From assembly GCA_041736175.1 (NCBI GenBank), contig JBGSUI010000006.1, positions 1 to 11,886 of the forward strand: DNA of 11,886 nt. Direction: 5' to 3'. Positions 6,818 through 11,886 of this stretch are shown here, in pieces. The position numbers and the translations under genes were made by a program. This stretch comes from Oligoflexales bacterium. GTDB lineage: Bacteria; Bdellovibrionota_B; Oligoflexia; Oligoflexales; CAIYRB01. The stretch's first letter is position 1; the number at the start of each line of letters is the position of its first letter. The notes beneath the pieces are model-generated. The model searched no databases. It was given only the letters and a program-made list of their open reading frames with translations, and was not told the DNA's origin.

Positions 6818-8236
6818 ATGACTCACCCCTCCGATATGGAATCTCTCACCTCTCAGTCTAAACCCAAAGCCGTTCTGGTCTCCGTCCAGCTTCCTGGGGT
6901 GTCGGACCATGAGCAAAAATCCTCCCTTGATGAACTGGAGCGCCTTTGCAGCACCCTAGGGTTTCAAACCTTAGCGCGACTCTCGCAAAAACGCCGGGCC
7001 ATCGCCACGGGGACGATTCTAGGGGAAGGCAAGCTTAAGGAGTTAGCCCTCTGGACCGGCGGGACTGGGATCGTCAAACGGTTCCAAAAAAACCCCAGGG
7101 ACGACGACGGGGATGAGACCACCGATCTTGCCTTTGGAGAAGGTTATGGGGCTGACTATGATCCCAACGACAACTCCGACGACTCCCTGGGATCCAGCCC
7201 ACCTAAAGAACTAGCAACCCTTGTGGTGGTGGACTGTGAAATCACGCCAACCCAGCTCCGAAACCTGGAAGAAGCCACGGGCGTCGAGGTCCTTGACCGC
7301 AGTGGAGTCATCCTAGAAATCTTTAGCCGCCATGCCCGCAGCCGCGAAGCAAGGCTCCAAGTGGAGATCGCAAAACTAGCCTATATGGCGCCACGTCTGA
7401 GAGCTTCCCATGTGGGATCGGACCGCCAAGGGGGCGGCATCGGCGCAAAAGGTGCGGGGGAAAGTGCCCACGAGCTGGACCGGCGGCGGATCCGCGACCG
7501 GATTTCGGAACTTCGCAGGCAGCTTGAATCCATCCGCCATGAGCAAACCACCCGGCGGTCCCAACGTCGAGAAGCTCCTTGTGTCGCCTTGGTTGGATAT
7601 ACCAATGCTGGAAAGTCATCGTTGATGCGAGCATTGACCGGCAGCGATGTCCTTGTAGAAAACAAACTTTTTGCGACCCTCGATACCACCGTCCGAGCCC
7701 TACAGCCCGAAAGCGTTCCGCGCATCTTGATTTCCGATACTGTAGGATTTATCAAAAAACTCCCCCATGACTTGGTTGCGTCCTTCCGATCGACCCTAGA
7801 CGAAGCCCTCTCGGCGTCGCTGCTCCTCTTTACTGTGGATGCTTCTGACCCCGACTTTCGGTCACAGCTCCAAGTGACCAAAACGGTCCTTGGGGAGATC
7901 GGTGCCGACAAAGGAGCCGACCGCCTCGTGCTCAACAAGATCGACCAACTCCCACCGGAAGAACTAGTTAAACTCAAAGAAGAGTTTCCAGAGGGACTGT
8001 TTATCTCGACCCGCAACCCACAAGACATCAAGCTGATCCGTGAGCAGATCATGGCCTTTTTTGAGGTGGGCATGGTCGACAAGACGATCTTGATCCCTTA
8101 TACGAAAGGCGAACTCCTGGGAAAAATGAGGGAAAAATCACGCGTTATCTCCGAAAAACATGAAGCCGAAGGAACCGTCGTCACCCTGCGGGCCCACCCT
8201 GACCTCCATGATTGGCTAGAAAAGCAGCTTGGCTAA
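6818..8236 (+). CDS. hflX: Ribosome-splitting GTPase HflX
   Basis: G1 GYTNAGKS, G2 LFATLD, G3 DTVG and G4 NKID. HflX N-domain motifs TPTQLRNLE, DRSGVILEIFSRHARSREARLQVEIA and GGGIG...GE...ELDRRRIRDRI. SD AGGAG upstream. Confidence 0.95.
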   Translation: MTHPSDMESLTSQSKPKAVLVSVQLPGVSDHEQKSSLDELERLCSTLGFQTLARLSQKRRAIATGTILGEGKLKELALWTGGTGIVKRFQKNPRDDDGDETTDLAFGEGYGADYDPNDNSDDSLGSSPPKELATLVVVDCEITPTQLRNLEEATGVEVLDRSGVILEIFSRHARSREARLQVEIAKLAYMAPRLRASHVGSDRQGGGIGAKGAGESAHELDRRRIRDRISELRRQLESIRHEQTTRRSQRREAPCVALVGYTNAGKSSLMRALTGSDVLVENKLFATLDTTVRALQPESVPRILISDTVGFIKKLPHDLVASFRSTLDEALSASLLLFTVDASDPDFRSQLQVTKTVLGEIGADKGADRLVLNKIDQLPPEELVKLKEEFPEGLFISTRNPQDIKLIREQIMAFFEVGMVDKTILIPYTKGELLGKMREKSRVISEKHEAEGTVVTLRAHPDLHDWLEKQLG

Positions 8237-9240
8237 GACTTTGGAGATTTGGGCAGCACGAGATCCGTCAAGGTACTGACTTGGAACTGTCGCTGGGGAA
8301 CGGGCTGAGCCTGCCCCCTTTGGCCCAGGCGATGCTCGGCGAGGGCCTTTGCATAAACTAAAATCCCTTTGATACTGCGAAAAATAATAGGATCAACTTC
8401 GCTCCATTCTGGTTGATGAAAGTTGGAGACTTCTAGAGTCACACCTAAAACACCAAACCGCTTATAGGCATAGTCGATAAACTCCCCTTGGGTGGGGTAA
8501 TCAAAAAAAGACTGCATCACCCGCGTCAGCCCCATGGACTCAGCCATGATCCCCGAGATTTTTTTAAAAACATCCCCATCCCTCGGTGGATTCGGTGACT
8601 CGCCTAGGGGCCAATAAATCGCCTCGGCTCCGGAATGCAAGGCCAGGGCCCCTGCCAATGACAGCCGCGCCATCAGACGGTTAAGGTGGCGAGCTTCGGG
8701 AGTCTCAAAACGCAGCTCTTTTTTTTCACTGAGTCCGTCCGCACCAAAGTAGTCTCGATTGATATCGATCCCCTGGGCGTTGGCACGGGTGCCTTGGGAA
8801 TATCCATCGGGATTGACCAAGGGAACCAGATAAAAACAAAAATCTTTTAACAGCGACTGAACCCCAGGGTGGGCATAGGATTTGCGGATAAAATCTATCA
8901 GCCCCAGGACGACTTTGACGCTGATTTTTTCGTCCCCATGGTGGGCGCTGTTGATCAGGATCGGTATCTGTGGCCGACTGGCTTGAGGATGTTGGTAGCC
9001 TAGGGTGAGCATATTGATCTCACGGCCCAGGTAGGAGCGACCGACGGGTTCGAAGCGGGCCCAATCTGGATGGTCTGAAGCCACCTTACGGAGCATGCGG
9101 TCGATTTCGTGGTTCTCAGGATAAAGTTTTCCAGAGTCTGCCCCTAAACCCTGTGGGACGACCCAAACATATATAAGCAAAAAATAGGCTGCTAGAGTCA
9201 GCGACCAAAACATCAATTTGTCAAGGGTGATACGCCGCAT
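8233..9240 (-). CDS. Peptidase M14 zinc carboxypeptidase with an N-terminal signal/TM anchor
   Basis: SAHHGDEK, LVNPDG, RANAQGIDINRDY, LALHSG, YPTQGEFIDY and VTLEVS. Hydrophobic N-terminus FWSLTLAAYFLLIYVWVV. ATG 9240 is preferred over TTG 9270, which overlaps the candidate -10 region. The stop overlaps the hflX stop (convergent, 4-nt overlap). Confidence 0.88.
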   Translation of the reverse strand: MRRITLDKLMFWSLTLAAYFLLIYVWVVPQGLGADSGKLYPENHEIDRMLRKVASDHPDWARFEPVGRSYLGREINMLTLGYQHPQASRPQIPILINSAHHGDEKISVKVVLGLIDFIRKSYAHPGVQSLLKDFCFYLVPLVNPDGYSQGTRANAQGIDINRDYFGADGLSEKKELRFETPEARHLNRLMARLSLAGALALHSGAEAIYWPLGESPNPPRDGDVFKKISGIMAESMGLTRVMQSFFDYPTQGEFIDYAYKRFGVLGVTLEVSNFHQPEWSEVDPIIFRSIKGILVYAKALAEHRLGQRGQAQPVPQRQFQVSTLTDLVLPKSPKS

Positions 9241-9260
9241 TAAAAAAGGACCTAAGCTCG

Positions 9261-9291
9261 ATGTTAACAAAACTATTTATTATTTTGTCAA
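9261..9291 (-). promoter_or_regulatory. Candidate sigma70-type promoter for the second M14 gene
   Basis: Minus strand TTGACA (9291-9286), a 19-nt AT-rich spacer, then extended -10 TG-T-TAACAT (9269-9261). The spacer is longer than optimal. Confidence 0.4.
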
Positions 9292-9311
9292 AATCGACGC
9301 CCATTGTCCAT

Positions 9312-9341
9312 GGAGCCTGGGGGAGCCCGGGGGAGCCAGGG
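9312..9341 (+). repeat. Intergenic 10-bp tandem repeat (GGAGCCNGGG) x3
   Basis: GGAGCCTGGG GGAGCCCGGG GGAGCCAGGG read directly from the sequence. Confidence 0.85.
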
Positions 9342-9374
9342 AAAACCTGTATCAGGGGGTGAAGACCGAAAAAA

Positions 9375-9545
9375 TCAAGAAATAGGAAGAGGTGCTCGCA
9401 TAACCGGCTCATAACCCTGCTTACGGGCGGCAGCGAGCAGGGCCGCAAAATCGTGGGAAATAGTCGCCCCCGCTTTTTGGGTCACCTCGTCTTCGGTGGG
9501 CAAGTCAAAGTCATTGGCTCCAAAAGCAAGACCCTTAAGGGCATC
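9375..9545 (-). pseudogene. 3' remnant of a CofH/MqnC/MqnE-like radical SAM gene
   Basis: Minus-strand frame DALKGLAFGANDFDLPTEDEVTQKAGATISHDFAALLAAARKQGYEPVMRAPLPIS* resembles the family C-terminus (ALxFGANDxG...EExVxxAAG...GxxPxxR). An in-frame TAA sits at 9564-9566, and there is no start or CxxxCxxC motif. Confidence 0.7.
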
Positions 9546-9559
9546 CGAGCAGTTTAAAG

Positions 9560-10738
9560 TTAATTAATAGGGGCGGATGAATCATGGTAAGCATCGTCTA
9601 ACACCTGCCATTCGTCGGCTGTGACGATGCCATTATCCGAACTGGACATGATATTTCCTTCGTCGTATTCCTCTGAATACTTGCAAGTATCAGGGTGCCA
9701 GGTCGTATAGTAGTAGTCGGGAAACGAGAGAACGTGACCAATTTCGTGCGCAATCGTACGTGCTCTCACGTCCGCATAGAGATGTACTGTTTTTGTTTTG
9801 TAAGAAACAAATGGCCTGCCGCCAGAGCCTTCACCTAGCACAAATTTATAGGCGTCCGGTGTGGCTTCTACGGTCGTCCAATTGATTTTTAGTTGGCGAC
9901 CTTTCGTTGCCCAAATGTCCGTAATGTATTTGCCCAATTGGTCCTTTGCATCAACAAACGGCCCAGGGTCCAAAGGCAAGATAATATCGCCATTTGGCTG
10001 AGCTAATACAGTGTTATTTTTATGTGTACTCTTGCGCCTGAGATTTTCGTCTATCAAATCTTTAAGTTTACCGATGGAATCTCGGTCGCTGCCAAAGGCG
10101 TTGTAATAGGGATTCCTGGCGATCAACTTGGCCCCAGCTTCGTTATACATTGGCGAAGTGCAGTTCAAGTCTTCTAGGCAGTTGACAAGAGTCTTTGAGA
10201 TATCTTTTAATTCGGGGTAATCCTGTCTTGTCAAATACATATTTTTTTGGTAAATGATCCTAGATTCATCATTGGACAAAATATACCTAACGCTTGTGTT
10301 CAACGAAAGCCAAGCCATATTCACTGGCTGATCCTCGATCTTTTTCAATCGAGCATCGTACTGAGTCCAGTCGTAGGAACGGGTCTGCCAACCAACCTTT
10401 GGGACCTCTGCATTCAAGAGTTCTCTTACAAATATCGGCCCCATTTTGACGCGTTTGTAGGTGGTTGACTGTGGCAGTGTCGCCGCAAATTCCTCAATTT
10501 CATCTGCTCTAGAATCAATCGAATTTGCGAGATTTATTTGAATGTCGCGAAGTTTCTGCTCGCATTCAGAAGCGTTTTTTGATGTTTGCAGTCTTTCAAC
10601 AAACTTAAATAAATGCCCTTCGGCGATATTGTTAGTATCATCCCGGAAAGATTTTTTACCTTGCATCCGATCCATCATTTTTCCACAGCCAACAAAATTA
10701 GTGGCAATGAACATAATACAAATTATGTTTTTACGCAT
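9560..10738 (-). CDS. Lipoprotein with a C-terminal metzincin-like zinc metalloprotease domain
   Basis: Signal MRKNIICIMFIATNFVG-C (lipobox FVGC). HEIGHVLSFPDYY (HExxH at 9734-9748, Asp as probable third ligand) and Met-turn-like GNIMSS. Visibly more AT-rich than its neighbours. Confidence 0.8.
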   Translation of the reverse strand: MRKNIICIMFIATNFVGCGKMMDRMQGKKSFRDDTNNIAEGHLFKFVERLQTSKNASECEQKLRDIQINLANSIDSRADEIEEFAATLPQSTTYKRVKMGPIFVRELLNAEVPKVGWQTRSYDWTQYDARLKKIEDQPVNMAWLSLNTSVRYILSNDESRIIYQKNMYLTRQDYPELKDISKTLVNCLEDLNCTSPMYNEAGAKLIARNPYYNAFGSDRDSIGKLKDLIDENLRRKSTHKNNTVLAQPNGDIILPLDPGPFVDAKDQLGKYITDIWATKGRQLKINWTTVEATPDAYKFVLGEGSGGRPFVSYKTKTVHLYADVRARTIAHEIGHVLSFPDYYYTTWHPDTCKYSEEYDEGNIMSSSDNGIVTADEWQVLDDAYHDSSAPIN

Positions 10739-10880
10739 AGAAAAAACTCATTAATATACTGTTGAATATGCTCATTGGATTCCCGTGAGCACAGCAAAAT
10801 ATACTATAATTTTTATGAAAAAACAATTTTTTATATATAAATAACAAATATATAATAAAATCAATTATATAGCTATTTAG
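10739..10880 (-). promoter_or_regulatory. Very AT-rich upstream/promoter region of the lipoprotein protease gene
   Basis: 10800-10870 is almost entirely A/T, contains several TATAAT/TATATT-like hexamers, and lies directly 5' of ATG 10738. Confidence 0.45.
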
Positions 10881-11397
10881 GTGTAGCGATCGTAAAGCCA
10901 TCGTAGTCTATGCAAAAAGGTGAGGTGCTGAGAGTGAGCGAAGTCGTGGCTAAAGGGACCCTTCAAGGCAACGACGGGTTAGGCGTAGTTTTGGTAGCTA
11001 TGAGGAACCCCTCAGCTATAGAAATAATGTCAGCCACAGGCTGGCTAAGTGTGAGTCGGCTAACGGCAATCGCTATGTTGGGCACCTGCTGCAAATCTAC
11101 CTTGATACCAACCCCCGCTCGACCATGATCCAGTGAAAGAACTCATTCATATCGTGCTGTGAGACTTTCAATACCATTGAGGTCGACCAGCTTACCCATG
11201 AAGCCCTTGGGATTTGCTTTGAGACCCTCAGAGAGAAAATGGAATACACCAATAAGACTTTGCATTGAATAAAAATCTTAATGAACGGTTTTTTTAAATT
11301 GCTTGTGGTCGAGGGCTAGGCCAAGACCGCTCGGTCGGCCAAAAGCCACTTCTACAGCATCAAGTGGAAAAATAAATCGAAATATTCATTGACAAGG

Positions 11398-11413
11398 TTT
11401 TGCGATCGCAAAA
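11398..11413. promoter_or_regulatory. Perfect 16-bp palindrome, candidate operator
   Basis: TTTTGCGATCGCAAAA, 3 nt downstream of a TTGACA (11389-11394), in the region between divergent genes. Confidence 0.35.
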
Positions 11414-11634
11414 GCCCTGCGATTTTAGTTTTGCTGCCAGTTTTTGTGTTTTTAAACTCCACCGACCAGTTAAGGGCACTCCCTGGCAGGGTGAGATGGC
11501 TCAGGAGGGGGTTTCTTTCTTGACGACCCAGTGACATAAAAGCCCTCTCAAAAGACCCATGATATACCTTTGCATGGTCAACCTTCTTGGTCGGCCCGGA
11601 GCTGTTTTAAGGGACTTTTTATGGAGACAAATCC

Positions 11635-11886
11635 ATGTATATCATAGAAGAAATCATGAGCCGCCCCTGTGACGATCTCAGGGTTAGAAGACGCGAGCTT
11701 TTTCAAGCTGCCGCCCTTGTCCATAAACGCGAACAGGATGACGTTATCAATTCTATTTTTTTGATAGAGGCGTTGGAACGGGACAACGCTGCTGCAAATC
11801 TGGGCATGTTCAAAGGTGAATTTATCAAGAAGATAGGCCTGACCCCCGATGTTTATTATGGGAGGGCCAAAGTCGGACGGCTGTTT
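11635..11886 (+). CDS. Partial CDS (5' end), possibly the N-terminal helical domain of a DUF222/HNH-endonuclease-type protein
   Basis: GGAG SD at 11623-11626, ATG 11635, open to the window end: MYIIEEIMSRPCDDLRVRRRELFQAAALVHKREQDDVINSIFLIEALERDNAAANLGMFKGEFIKKIGLTPDVYYGRAKVGRLF. The family call rests on recalled pattern similarity only. Confidence 0.6.
   Translation, partial: MYIIEEIMSRPCDDLRVRRRELFQAAALVHKREQDDVINSIFLIEALERDNAAANLGMFKGEFIKKIGLTPDVYYGRAKVGRLF

Noticed and set aside
7323..8082. Several ORFs overlapping hflX, including 7381..8082 (-)
   Set aside because: Antisense or alternative-frame shadows of a conserved gene.
9221..9448. 75-aa minus-strand ORF from the track
   Set aside because: It overlaps the radical SAM remnant in a different frame, the tandem repeat and the candidate promoter, and has no SD or protein-like features.
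11402..11409. Cyanobacterial HIP1 octamer GCGATCGC
   Set aside because: Only one occurrence was noticed in 11.9 kb, so it is not highly iterated and gives no taxonomic signal.
4847..11478. TAAGGGCA recurring at 4847, 9536 and 11471 as a shared element end
   Set aside because: It is only 8 bp, the 9536 copy is explained by the DALK codons of the radical SAM remnant, and no matching inverted partner was seen for the 9536 or 11471 copies.
10910..11537. Short ORFs 10910..11128 (+) and 11352..11537 (-)
   Set aside because: Short, with no convincing SD or recognisable domain; probably spurious.

Overview
Bacterial chromosomal window of moderate GC. The gene content (exported Zn-peptidases, lipoproteins, a highly repetitive RCC1 propeller, a DUF222/HNH-like N-terminus) suggests a Bdellovibrionota/Oligoflexia- or Myxococcota-like organism; this is inference only. 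In order: a lipoprotein M14 carboxypeptidase of the CPD/CPE-like type (+); a start-less remnant of a pentapeptide-repeat gene 3' end (-); a 14-blade RCC1/BLIP-II double beta-propeller with an internal twin-arginine-like motif (-); a pentapeptide-repeat protein (-); a spermidine-synthase-fold SAM-dependent transferase followed by hflX with an acidic insertion (+); a second, membrane-anchored M14 carboxypeptidase (-); a 5'-truncated CofH/MqnC-like radical SAM remnant (-); a lower-GC lipoprotein metzincin-like protease (-); and the start of a possible DUF222/HNH-type gene (+, runs off the window). No rRNA, tRNA, CRISPR array, transposase or reverse transcriptase was seen. The main signals missing from the ORF track are the two gene remnants, the paralogous direct repeat bracketing the RCC1 gene, and a candidate leader-peptide/SD-sequestering hairpin upstream of the transferase-hflX pair.
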